DNA of 63,985 bases, the filler included, from Candidatus Hydrogenedentota bacterium (GTDB lineage Bacteria > JBFMHD01): NCBI GenBank assembly GCA_040752395.1. It is 5 parts of 5 records of this genome, joined end to end, with 100 filler letters (N's around TTAATTAATTAA, not from the genome) between each part and the next. Parts side by side here need not be neighbours in the genome. Positions count along the whole stretch, not along the records: positions 1 to 26,232 come from JBFMHD010000010.1; 4 more parts are not named here. One strand, 5' to 3'. This document shows positions 10,717 to 19,680 of the stretch, in pieces; the stretch's first letter is position 1, and the number at the start of each line of letters is the position of its first letter. The notes below the pieces were generated by a model. That model was not told the origin of the DNA. It ran no database searches and saw only the letters and a list, made by a program, of their open reading frames with translations. A program made the position numbers and the translations under genes.

Positions 10717-10717
10717 T

Positions 10718-10940
10718 GGCGTTTAGTGTTCGGTGTTTGGTTTTGGGTTATCGGTAAACCGACCACTGAACACCCAGAACCGAAAACCGAATATCTTGCT
10801 TCTTGCTTCTACTTGATATTATTACACTTACAGCGTTTTTCCCTGTAGCCTGTCCTGATACTTCTCACTTCCCACTTTTGCCTTTTAACTTTTAACTTTC
10901 TGGCTGATATTATTAGAGTTAGAATGTTTTTCAAGGGAGG
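10718..10940 (+). repeat. Modular repeat copy R4 (GTGTTCG/CCGAAHA inverted arrays, TTGCTTC, partial cap, ACTTCYC, TTTTAAC, cap)
   Basis: Shares blocks with the other copies; the cap ends just before the LysM ATG. Confidence 0.88.
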
Positions 10941-10946
10941 CATTTT

Positions 10947-11393
10947 ATGATTAAAAAAATTATAGTTCTTACGCTGGTTTTTAGTTTCGGATTTTGTAGC
11001 ACCTTTTTAGCAACAGAAAATGAATTATCAAAAAAAGTAGAGGCTACACTAAAAAAGCTCGAGGAATTGAATAAAGAAGTTCAGGCTTTGAAAGAAGACA
11101 TTGCTAAACTTAAAAAAGAAGCAGAAGATACAAATACACCATTTATTAAAACAAAAACTGTCAAAGAAAAGAAGACAAGCACTCTTATTTCTGATGATAG
11201 CACCATAGAATACATAGTAAAACCAGGTGATACTTTATCAAAGATAGCACAAGACCATTATGGTAAATCTTCATTATGGAAAGATATATTAGAGATAAAT
11301 AAAGACATAATATCATCACCACAAAAACTAAGAGCAGGTATGAAGATAAGATTATATAGAAACGAGGCACAAAGGCACAAAGGCACAGAGTAG
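10947..11393 (+). CDS. Secreted coiled-coil plus LysM peptidoglycan-binding protein
   Basis: Signal peptide; YIVKPGDTLSKIAQDHYG...W..I...N. Confidence 0.9.
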   Translation: MIKKIIVLTLVFSFGFCSTFLATENELSKKVEATLKKLEELNKEVQALKEDIAKLKKEAEDTNTPFIKTKTVKEKKTSTLISDDSTIEYIVKPGDTLSKIAQDHYGKSSLWKDILEINKDIISSPQKLRAGMKIRLYRNEAQRHKGTE

Positions 11394-11630
11394 GGAAAAG
11401 ATAGGAGTTAGGAGTTCGTAATAATAGATCCGAGCTCCGAGCTTTGAACTCCGAACTTCGAATTTTTTCGAAGAAGTACTCATGATCGCGGGTTGCGCTC
11501 TACACAATATATGAAAAACTAAGGATGATATGTTGGCTTCAGGCTCCGGGCTTCGGGCTCCAGCCGGCTGTAGTCCGTAGCCCGTAGCCTGTACCCCGAA
11601 TTATTAGAGTTACAGCGTTTTTCAGAGGAG
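11365..11630 (+). repeat. Modular repeat copy R5
   Basis: GGCACAAA x3 overlapping the LysM 3' end; GGAGTT/AACTCC inverted arrays; CTCTACAC linker; GGCT..CAGCCGGCTG..TAGCC; cap identical to that of R1. Confidence 0.9.
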
Positions 11631-11732
11631 GATTTAGAAAGAGTCGATATTATGCCTGAGCAGGTGTTCACGAATTTAGACAAACTGCTTATTATATATG
11701 AAAGGATGTATACAGTTTTTTGGACAATTTAT

Positions 11733-11975
11733 TCAATATTCAGGTTTTAATCCTGCAAGCTTTGAGAACGTAATGATACCTTGCGCACAACTATGTATGT
11801 CATTTGGATATAATTGATTTATCCTGTGTTTTGGGTTCCCCTGAATAGTAAAGAGATTTTTCATATAACTATCTGCTGAGTTTAGAAGCACACTATCCCA
11901 TTCATTAATATTCAGTTCCACTTTAGAATCATAAATCTGTTCAATAATTCCGGCTGTATGATAATTATCAATATA
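11733..11975 (-). pseudogene. Fragment of a surface-polysaccharide-locus protein (YIDNYHT...YPNDIHSCAQ)
   Basis: Short internal segment without a credible start, abutting the asnB C-terminal remnant. Confidence 0.45.
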
Positions 11976-12568
11976 CGAGTTCTTTGTATTGATAGGGTAT
12001 TGAAAAAGCAAACTTTACAAGGTCTTTATCAAGAAACGGGACTCTTACCTCAACGCCGTGCGCCATTGAGGTTCTATCTTCATTAAGCAAAAAATCGTCT
12101 ATAAGTTTGATGTTTAACTCAGTTATTAAACTCTGCTCAAGTATCGATTTTTGGTTATCCATAAAAAAAAGAAATAATAATTTTTTTACTATCAAAAATA
12201 GCAAACGCAAAAATACCATCAAGTCTATCCACCATACTGAAACCAGCTTCTTCATAGAGATGCAAAAATATCTCAGTATCAGAATTAGATTTGAACCTGT
12301 GGCCCTTTTCTATAAGCTCTTTTCTAAGAATGGGGTAATTATACAATTCACCATTATAAACTATTATTATATCTCCATCCTCATTACACATAGGTTGGTC
12401 GCCTTTTTCAAGGTCGATAATGCTTAATCTTGTATGACCGAGGTGGACTTTGTTATCTGGACTAATATAGTAGCCGCTATTGTCAGGTCCTCTGTGACTT
12501 AAAATCTCAGACATTTTATTTAATAAATTTTTATTATTTGTAGAGGTAAAGCCGAAGATACCACACAA
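11968..12568 (-). pseudogene. asnB: Asparagine synthase (glutamine-hydrolysing) AsnB-like remnant, internally deleted and frameshifted
   Basis: N-terminal MCGIFG, HRGPD, GHTRLSIID and NGELYN; in another frame the C-terminal DRTSMAHGVEVRVPFLD; about 600 bp in total versus about 1.9 kb normally. Confidence 0.85.
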
Positions 12569-13408
12569 TTAATTTGATAATCCAACTTTATAATTTGATT
12601 TATGAAGAAAATTATACATACAGAAACACTCGATAGCAAACGGAATAAAACCGAGATAACCAATAAATGGCATCTCAAATATCTTAAACCATGGCCAGTA
12701 TGGAACAAAGTACTCCCATTTCGCACCTGGCCAGTAGTTCCAGAACTCCCATAATATACCGCAGATAATACCTGAGATACATAAAATGATTATCCGGCCA
12801 ATTTTTCCTTGAGCTAAATCATTTAATAAAGAATCCCTGGAAAGAAGTTGATTAACAGGCTCAAGCAAGAATATAAAACCAAGCCAGACAGGTGGACACA
12901 TCCATTCATTTTGAAAGATTAATGGTAGAGATAATAATGTTACGCCGACAATAAACCATATAATTTTTCCGTTTTTAGAGATTATAAAAGGTTTTATTGT
13001 GATCTTAGAAAGAGGAGTAAATAAAGTGAGGATATCAGCGGTTATAAAAATCCCGGGGAATATCGTAGCAAAACTCCACGCATATCCAAGCCATGTAAGT
13101 AGTTTACATTCAGGTAAACCACTATATTTCCAGTTCTCGAATATAAGATTATACCACTCAAATATATACCAGCAGAAGATCGAGATTGGTAACATTGTAA
13201 GGAAATCATCGAAATAAGTCGTTATAAGAGAAGATTTCTTTTTATAGAAGATTATTGAGTCACAAATAAGGATATAAAAAGTCCATTGTATTGGTGTGAA
13301 AAGGGTATAAAAAGGCTCTATTCTTTTAAACATTAAAATCTCTGATAATATAAGGGCTATTATGGCTATTATTCCATAGAGAGGAAAATTAAGTTTTGTT
13401 ATTCTCAT
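12569..13408 (-). CDS. Hypothetical multi-pass membrane protein
   Basis: Several TM segments; WEFWNYW..AKWEY..P and FEMPFIGYLGF look like conserved motifs. Confidence 0.75.
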   Translation of the reverse strand: MRITKLNFPLYGIIAIIALILSEILMFKRIEPFYTLFTPIQWTFYILICDSIIFYKKKSSLITTYFDDFLTMLPISIFCWYIFEWYNLIFENWKYSGLPECKLLTWLGYAWSFATIFPGIFITADILTLFTPLSKITIKPFIISKNGKIIWFIVGVTLLSLPLIFQNEWMCPPVWLGFIFLLEPVNQLLSRDSLLNDLAQGKIGRIIILCISGIICGILWEFWNYWPGAKWEYFVPYWPWFKIFEMPFIGYLGFIPFAIECFCMYNFLHKSNYKVGLSN

Positions 13409-14087
13409 CTTTTTTAAATATCAGATCATTAAGCATTTTTTGAGCTATGTCTTTACCACCGATACCCAAAGCGATACCGATAGCTAAACCAAGGGTTGCA
13501 AGGATGATTTTAAAAATGAATAGTATGACTTCGTCAAGAATCTTTAGTTCATATATCCCAAGTAATATAAAAAGTATTATTAAAAAAGTTTTTCCAAAAG
13601 TTATGTATAAATTACTATATCCTGATTTACTCAGTTCAGGCTGGTTTTGGATATAATATTTTAACCAGTTAGATAAGATAAAACCTGAAACGAAAAGTAA
13701 TATAGCGATAAAGATTCGAGGGATATATAAGACAAATCTTTCAATAATGAGAGTGATGGGTGTAAATCCTAATGAGCTCAAAGCACTTAATATAAGTAAA
13801 AAAAATACAAACCAGTAAATAAATATAGAAATAGGTTTAGAATAGTCAAAAGAAGCTGAGAAGGATGGGAGTAGTCTATGCAATTGGATTCTCTCAGCAA
13901 AAGTATTGAATTTAATTACATTTAATATTTTCTTTGTAATCTTTTCTAAAAATGTAGCGATTATTGAAGATAAAATTATCCATATCACGCAGAAGATAAG
14001 AGCAGGCAATGCTTTTGCTATTGCTTGAATTATTATTGCAAGCGGATGAATTAAAACCTTATCAATAAAATTAAAAAGTAATGACAT
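13389..14087 (-). CDS. TM-helix repeat membrane protein (CmpX/mechanosensitive-channel-like)
   Basis: Repeated LPALIF/YIPRIFIA helices; C-terminal AIGIALGIGGKDIA. Confidence 0.8.
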   Translation of the reverse strand: MSLLFNFIDKVLIHPLAIIIQAIAKALPALIFCVIWIILSSIIATFLEKITKKILNVIKFNTFAERIQLHRLLPSFSASFDYSKPISIFIYWFVFFLLILSALSSLGFTPITLIIERFVLYIPRIFIAILLFVSGFILSNWLKYYIQNQPELSKSGYSNLYITFGKTFLIILFILLGIYELKILDEVILFIFKIILATLGLAIGIALGIGGKDIAQKMLNDLIFKKDENNKT

Positions 14088-14150
14088 AATATCGAATTTT
14101 TATCTTTTTCCTTTAATTTTTGCAAGAGAAAAATGCAACATTTAGTAATG

Positions 14151-14237
14151 CCTCAGTTTTCAGTGGAGTTTGTTAATCTTACTTGTGCCTCAAACTGTGG
14201 ATGATCTAATATTAACCAACTCTACCGAAAACTGAGG
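14151..14237. mobile_element. 87-bp MITE-like element with 27-bp imperfect terminal inverted repeats
   Basis: CCTCAGTTTTCAGTGGAGTTTGTTAAT versus reverse complement of 14211-14237 CCTCAGTTTTCGGTAGAGTTGGTTAAT, 24 of 27 identical. Confidence 0.65.
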
Positions 14238-14311
14238 AAATACAATTATTTTTAATGACAAATAATATAGAATTTTGTAAATTACATAGTGTTTTTGAAA
14301 GAGGTGGTTTT

Positions 14312-14530
14312 ATGAAAAGACTGAAATCTTATAAATCAACAAGACAAAAAATCAATTTTAATTCTTATGCTGGTAATTGGGTAGCTTTTATTGATGAACA
14401 GCCAGTAACTTATGCATCTACTCTTAGTACCTTAATGCAGAAAGTAAAAAAATATCGTCTTCCCAAGGAGCCGTCAGTGATGCTTATTCCTCGGAAAGAC
14501 GAAGGACCGTATGTCCTGATTTTGCTATGA
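14312..14530 (+). CDS. Small DUF5678-like protein
   Basis: Motif YAGNWVAFID; GAGGTGG RBS before ATG 14312; overlaps the protease gene. Confidence 0.7.
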   Translation: MKRLKSYKSTRQKINFNSYAGNWVAFIDEQPVTYASTLSTLMQKVKKYRLPKEPSVMLIPRKDEGPYVLILL

Positions 14531-14931
14531 GACTGGAATTTTTCTATTTTAAAAAAGGTAACCAATATTTTCCTCTAATAGATGTCAAAATAAAGGCAAA
14601 TAGAAATGAGATCACAGTAAAGGCATTAGTTGATTCAGGTGCAACATTTTCTATTTTTCGCGCTGAGATATCAGATTATCTCGGCATAAATATTGAGAAG
14701 GGGACTCCGATTTACCTTGAAGGTATCGGTGGCAGAATTTTAGGATATTTACGTTATGTTACTTGTTATATTGGGGCAAAATCATACAAATTAAAAATTA
14801 TATTCTCGAGAGAACTCGCGGTCTCATTTAATATTTTAGGAAGAGATAATTTTTTTGTACCACACATAATTACTTTTTATGAAAAAAATAAGAAGATTAT
14901 TTTGCAACAGATTAAAGAGGTGGTTTTATGA
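14527..14931 (+). CDS. Retropepsin-like (clan AA) aspartic protease
   Basis: Motifs ALVDSGA, GIGG flap and ILGRDNFF. Confidence 0.85.
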   Translation: MRLEFFYFKKGNQYFPLIDVKIKANRNEITVKALVDSGATFSIFRAEISDYLGINIEKGTPIYLEGIGGRILGYLRYVTCYIGAKSYKLKIIFSRELAVSFNILGRDNFFVPHIITFYEKNKKIILQQIKEVVL

Positions 14932-15566
14932 GGCTGATTTTTTATATCGTTTTATTCTTTTGTTTTACGTTTCTTGTTGCTTTGAACTCTGAGGTTATTC
15001 TCTTTTATTATTTACCCAATAAATTCATATTGATACCAAAATCTCTGCTTGTCTTTTTACCGATGGTTGCAGCCTCTATGGCAGTCGCTATTATCGCATT
15101 TGGTTATATAAGATTTTATAAAAAGAGAGAGTCTAAATTAAATAATGAAATAAATGATTTGAAGCAGGAGATGACTTTACTTAAGGAGAAACTTGCAAGC
15201 ACAGGTCAGGTTACACAAGTATCTTCAACATCGCTGACTCAGGAGCTCTCAATTGAAAAAGAGATAAGTTTTAAGAAAGAGATGTTAAAAGCAATCACAT
15301 TAGTTGCGTTTTTTACAATCTCTATACTTGTCATACGTTTTAGCGCTTTATTATTTTTTAGTATATTCGTACCCCTCTCATTATTAATAGCAACTTTTAT
15401 TTTATTAAAGAATGCTAAAGATAAACTTATCAAACAGCAGAGAATTGATAAAATTGGGCTTGCTTTGATTGATTATTTTGAAGGACCAATTTTGCTTATA
15501 TTATTTGTAATGAGTATTCTTATAGGCTATCATATTATTATAATTATCCATCTATATAGAATTTAA
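14928..15566 (+). CDS. Hypothetical membrane protein with a coiled coil
   Basis: About 5 hydrophobic segments; GAGGTGG RBS; overlaps the protease stop. Confidence 0.65.
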   Translation: MRLIFYIVLFFCFTFLVALNSEVILFYYLPNKFILIPKSLLVFLPMVAASMAVAIIAFGYIRFYKKRESKLNNEINDLKQEMTLLKEKLASTGQVTQVSSTSLTQELSIEKEISFKKEMLKAITLVAFFTISILVIRFSALLFFSIFVPLSLLIATFILLKNAKDKLIKQQRIDKIGLALIDYFEGPILLILFVMSILIGYHIIIIIHLYRI

Positions 15567-15584
15567 ACAAGGACAGAGACTGCG

Positions 15585-15944
15585 TTATAGAATAACATTA
15601 AAATCAGATTGCTGGGGCTCGGATGTTTCTTTTTTTTGAGGCGGAGTGGGCTGGTTTTTATGTTGAGTAATCGTATCTAATATTTTTTTTATATTTTCGT
15701 CTTCTATCGGTTTATTATTTTTAAAAGAATCAATAATCTGTGATATAAACTTCATTGAAAAAAAGTTAGTAGAGCTTAAGTCACGTATGATTTCAAGCAG
15801 CAAAACACTTGATTTTGGATACAAGGTTCTACGACCTGATTTTTTAGTAGGAACTTTATATTCAGCTGTCCAGAATTTTAAGTTTCTATCTGATATACCT
15901 GTTTTATTTATAACATCTTGACGCGTATAGAAATTTTGTGTCAT
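15585..15944 (-). CDS. MerR-type HTH protein
   Basis: YTRQDVINKTGISDRNLKFW...GRRTLY. Confidence 0.7.
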   Translation of the reverse strand: MTQNFYTRQDVINKTGISDRNLKFWTAEYKVPTKKSGRRTLYPKSSVLLLEIIRDLSSTNFFSMKFISQIIDSFKNNKPIEDENIKKILDTITQHKNQPTPPQKKETSEPQQSDFNVIL

Positions 15945-15997
15945 AGACTAAAAATAATATTTGAAATTTATTACGTCAATAGATAAGATAATAAAAC

Positions 15998-16031
15998 GAT
16001 ATCATTAGAGTTACAATGTTTTTCAGAGGAG
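15998..16031 (+). promoter_or_regulatory. Stand-alone repeat cap (R6) carrying the Shine-Dalgarno of mtnA
   Basis: GATATCATTAGAGTTACAATGTTTTTCAGAGGAG, 5 nt before ATG 16037. Confidence 0.8.
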
Positions 16032-16036
16032 CTGAT

Positions 16037-17098
16037 ATGAAACTGGACATACCCAAGGCGATTGAATGGGACGGGAAGGAGGTGGTTATAATTGATCAGA
16101 CTTTACTACCCTTGAGATTAAAAAAGATAAAAATTAAAAGAATAGAAGAAATGGCTATCGCGATAAAAACTCTACAGATAAGAGGAGCGCCTGCCATAGG
16201 TGTAGCTAGTGCATTTGGTGTTATGCTTGGAATGAAAAATTTAAAAGAAAGAGACATAAGAAAGAGATTTTATAGAAGCTGTGAGATTATAAGAAAAACA
16301 AGACCCACAGCAGTCAACCTTTTCTGGGCTATAGATAAAATAAAAGAGTGGTTTGAAGAACTGGTTGATAAATGTTCATATAATGAAATAGTCTCACGAA
16401 TAACTGAGATGGCTGTTGATATTTTAAAAGATGATGAAAAGAGATGTTTAAGAATGGGAATGAATGGGGCTAAACTTTTAAAAGACGGTGATACTGTTTT
16501 GACCCATTGTAATGCCGGGGCTATGGCAACAGCAGGGATAGGGACCGCATTATCGGTTATATATTATGCTGCATCAAAAGGTAAGAGGATAAAAGTGTAT
16601 GTTGATGAAACAAGACCGCTGCTACAGGGTTCCAGAATAACAGCATGGGAATTAAAAAGAGCAGGGATAGATGTCACCCTTATCACTGATAATATGGCTG
16701 GCTGGGTGATGAGAAAAAAAGGTATAGATAAAGTGATTGTAGGCGCTGATAGAATTGCAAGAAATGGGGATACTGCAAATAAAATCGGGACGTATTCTAT
16801 TGCAATACTTGCTAAAGAACACCATATACCATTCTATGTTGTTGCACCCCTCTCTACTATTGACATATCTTTAAATTCAGGTGAATATATACCGATTGAG
16901 GAGAGGGGCTGGGATGAAATAATTATGCGATTCGGAGTCTTAACAGCACCCAGACGTGTAAAAGCTTTTAATCCAGCATTTGATGTGACACCTTCAAAAT
17001 ATATTTCAGCAATAATTACAGATATGGGAATAGTATATAGACCATATACTAAATCAATAATGAATTTAATGTCGCAAGAGAAAGGATTTAGAAAATGA
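16037..17098 (+). CDS. mtnA: S-methyl-5-thioribose-1-phosphate isomerase
   Basis: Motifs IDQTLLP, IRGAPAIG, RPTAVNL, THCNAG, ETRPLLQGSR and NPAFDVTP; the MFFRG extension in the ORF track comes from the repeat cap. Confidence 0.95.
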   Translation: MKLDIPKAIEWDGKEVVIIDQTLLPLRLKKIKIKRIEEMAIAIKTLQIRGAPAIGVASAFGVMLGMKNLKERDIRKRFYRSCEIIRKTRPTAVNLFWAIDKIKEWFEELVDKCSYNEIVSRITEMAVDILKDDEKRCLRMGMNGAKLLKDGDTVLTHCNAGAMATAGIGTALSVIYYAASKGKRIKVYVDETRPLLQGSRITAWELKRAGIDVTLITDNMAGWVMRKKGIDKVIVGADRIARNGDTANKIGTYSIAILAKEHHIPFYVVAPLSTIDISLNSGEYIPIEERGWDEIIMRFGVLTAPRRVKAFNPAFDVTPSKYISAIITDMGIVYRPYTKSIMNLMSQEKGFRK

Positions 17099-18186
17099 AA
17101 AGAAATAATTTATTAGTTGTTGTTCTGATTCTATGGTTTGTTCTCTTGAATAATAGATATATTAAAAGTTCAGAGAACACTTTTGAAGATGGGATAAAGA
17201 AATTTGAACAAGGAGAATATTTTGATGCAGAGGTAATTTTTAGAGACCTTGTTAAGCAGAATCCCTCTAATGTATCCTATCTTCAGATGCTTGCAAAAGT
17301 TTTAATGGTCTGGGATAGGTATCAAGAAGCTGAGGGTTATCTGTTAAAAGCAAAAAATTTATCTGATGAGGTCTCTGTTAATATTGATTTAGTAAAATTA
17401 TATCTTGAATCAGAACAACCTGAAAAGGCTCAGAATATAGTAAAGACTCTACACGCAAAAGGCGTGGACGTGACAGAACTAACGCTTGAGGTAAATTATC
17501 AGCTTGGTGTGAAGTGTTACGATGAGGGGGATCACAAGAGTGCATTTAATTATTTTACAGTTGTATCAAAAACAAGGAAGAAATATAAAGATACAGAAAA
17601 TTACATAAAAGAATTAAAAGGGTTAAAAGAAGAAGAAAACATTTCTAAAGAAAAATCAGACGATGTTTCATTGCTGGAAGCAAAATACAGAGCACTTGAA
17701 AAAAAGACTCGCGATATCTATGAAAGAAAAATGGATGAATTAAGAGAAAAAGAAGCTGAAATAGAATATAAAGCATTCCAGAAAGAAATGGAATTAAAAA
17801 AAAAGATGGGTATCGATGTTAAGAAAGATATCAAAGTGGAAAAAACTAAAAGTTATAGTAAAGAAGGGCTTGTTGGGACCGTGTATTTTGACAGAGGGTC
17901 ATCTGTGGTAAAAAAAGAGAGTCAGAACATACTTGATAAGATAATTACTCTATTAAAAGAAAATGACAGAAAAATAAAAATAATCGGACATACTGACTCA
18001 GATCCTTATAAATCCAGAAATAGAGACAATGTAGAATTATCAGTAGATAGGGCACTGAGTGTAAAAAGGTATCTTGTAGATAATGGTATAGATAAAAACA
18101 GGATTGAGATAGAGGGATTGGGTAGCAGTGTTCCGGTAAGTGAGGACAAATCACAGAATCGCAGAGTCGAGATATATCTTAAATAA
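17095..18186 (+). CDS. TPR-repeat plus OmpA-like C-terminal domain protein
   Basis: Signal peptide; TPR helices; motifs GHTDS, NVELSVDRA and NRRVEI. Confidence 0.88.
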   Translation: MKRNNLLVVVLILWFVLLNNRYIKSSENTFEDGIKKFEQGEYFDAEVIFRDLVKQNPSNVSYLQMLAKVLMVWDRYQEAEGYLLKAKNLSDEVSVNIDLVKLYLESEQPEKAQNIVKTLHAKGVDVTELTLEVNYQLGVKCYDEGDHKSAFNYFTVVSKTRKKYKDTENYIKELKGLKEEENISKEKSDDVSLLEAKYRALEKKTRDIYERKMDELREKEAEIEYKAFQKEMELKKKMGIDVKKDIKVEKTKSYSKEGLVGTVYFDRGSSVVKKESQNILDKIITLLKENDRKIKIIGHTDSDPYKSRNRDNVELSVDRALSVKRYLVDNGIDKNRIEIEGLGSSVPVSEDKSQNRRVEIYLK

Positions 18187-18221
18187 AAAAAAGCCTGTTC
18201 CAAAAATTGAAACAGGCTTTA
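18187..18221. terminator. Probable bidirectional intrinsic terminator
   Basis: AAAGCCTGTT/AACAGGCTTT stem between convergent genes, A-tract on the left. Confidence 0.7.
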
Positions 18222-18270
18222 TAACCTCTTACTTCTCGCTTTCGCGATAAATTTTCAATCTAAAAAATAT

Positions 18271-19317
18271 TTATTCTTCTTCTTTACCAATCAATCTTCG
18301 ACCAAACTTTTTTAATTTCTGCCAGGGGCTTTCACCTCGTGGCGTAGGCTCTTCTTCTTTAACCTCTTCTTTTACTACCTTTTCTTTAGCTTTTTCTTCT
18401 TTTGATCTATAAATAGTTGTTCGATCATTATCTGTCCGTTTTTTAGATTTTAGTACTATACCGCGTTCGGTCTTCGTAGCTTCTTGTTCTTTAGTCTCTT
18501 TTTCAGCCTCTACAACCTCTTCTTCTTCAGGTTTAGAGCGAGGGGCTTGACGGCCAATCCACTCTTTAAATCGTCTCCAGTTTCTTGAAATAGTGCCTTC
18601 CTCTTCATATTCTTCTTCTTCAACCTTAGAAGGCACGACTTTTTTCTTTCCTGTTTTATCTTTATATACTGTGCGGTCCAATTTTTTAACTTCACCGGTT
18701 GATACTTTTTTCTCTGGCGGCTCTGGCGTGGGTTCTGCTTCTTCTATCTCTTCATAAGAGACCTTTGTTTTCGAGACGTATGTTTTTTCTCTTTTAGGTC
18801 TCCCACCCCAGCGTCTCTCTTTTTCATCCTGAGTTCGTATTATAGCTTCTTCCTGTTCTTCTTTAGTAGTTTTACCGCGTAGAGATCTAAAGAATTTTTT
18901 TGTTTTATCTATTGTACTTGTTACTATATTTCTTTTTTGGGGTTTAGGTTTTGGTTTGGTAACAACCTTTTCTTCAGCTTTTCGTTCACTTGGTGCTTTT
19001 ACATCAACACCAATTCTATATTCTTTTTTCATTTCTTTTTCTTTAACTTTTACTTCTTTTTCTGAAGGCGGAGTAAGTTTCCACACACGTTTTCTTAAAT
19101 GAGGAGGAAGAGTTTCTTTTTGCTGTCCAATCTCTTGCTTTTCAACTTTTGGCTTCTTGACTTCTTTTTTTGGTTCTTTTGTAACTTCTTCAGTCCCTGA
19201 TGGAGCCTTAAACTTCCAGATACCTTTTTTCAAATATGTTTTCTCTGCTTGTAAATCACTGCTGAAATAAAGTAGAGTAAATAAAAGACAGACTAAGAAA
19301 CTTACATATTTTTTCAT
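18271..19317 (-). CDS. Secreted Lys/Glu-rich low-complexity hypothetical protein
   Basis: Signal peptide from MKKYVSFLV (GGAG RBS); highly charged, with internal repeats. Confidence 0.75.
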   Translation of the reverse strand: MKKYVSFLVCLLFTLLYFSSDLQAEKTYLKKGIWKFKAPSGTEEVTKEPKKEVKKPKVEKQEIGQQKETLPPHLRKRVWKLTPPSEKEVKVKEKEMKKEYRIGVDVKAPSERKAEEKVVTKPKPKPQKRNIVTSTIDKTKKFFRSLRGKTTKEEQEEAIIRTQDEKERRWGGRPKREKTYVSKTKVSYEEIEEAEPTPEPPEKKVSTGEVKKLDRTVYKDKTGKKKVVPSKVEEEEYEEEGTISRNWRRFKEWIGRQAPRSKPEEEEVVEAEKETKEQEATKTERGIVLKSKKRTDNDRTTIYRSKEEKAKEKVVKEEVKEEEPTPRGESPWQKLKKFGRRLIGKEEE

Positions 19318-19454
19318 AAAATCGTCTCCCTTACTTCTGTTAGAAATCCATTCTGACAATAAAGCATAGCCCTAAGCCAGCTGGCATTAAAACTAATTTT
19401 ATAAATTTTTGAAATATTTTGTTTTTTTTGTCAAGTAAAATTATAATTTTTTTT

Positions 19455-19488
19455 TGGAAAGTATCCCGGACATCGTATACCCCTTAAA
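19455..19488. mobile_element. 34-bp element-end-like sequence, exact copy at 55104-55137
   Basis: TGGAAAGTATCCCGGACATCGTATACCCCTTAAA occurs twice. Confidence 0.55.
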
Positions 19489-19680
19489 GAAGTAAGAAGT
19501 GAGAAGTATCAGGACAGGCTACAGTCTACAGGCTACGGACTACAGCCGGCTGGAGCCCCCTATGAAAAGTCTTGAGTCTCGAGTCCTGTTTTGACTCACG
19601 ACTTGCGACTTGTGACTCACGACTCTTTTTATATCATCTTTAGTTTTTCATACTTTGTGCCTCTGTGCCTTTGTGCCTCC
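19489..19680 (-). repeat. Modular repeat copy R7 (no cap)
   Basis: Reverse-oriented GGCACARA, linker, GAGTC/GACTC, CAGCCGGCTG, TAGCC and ACTTCTC blocks. Confidence 0.9.
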
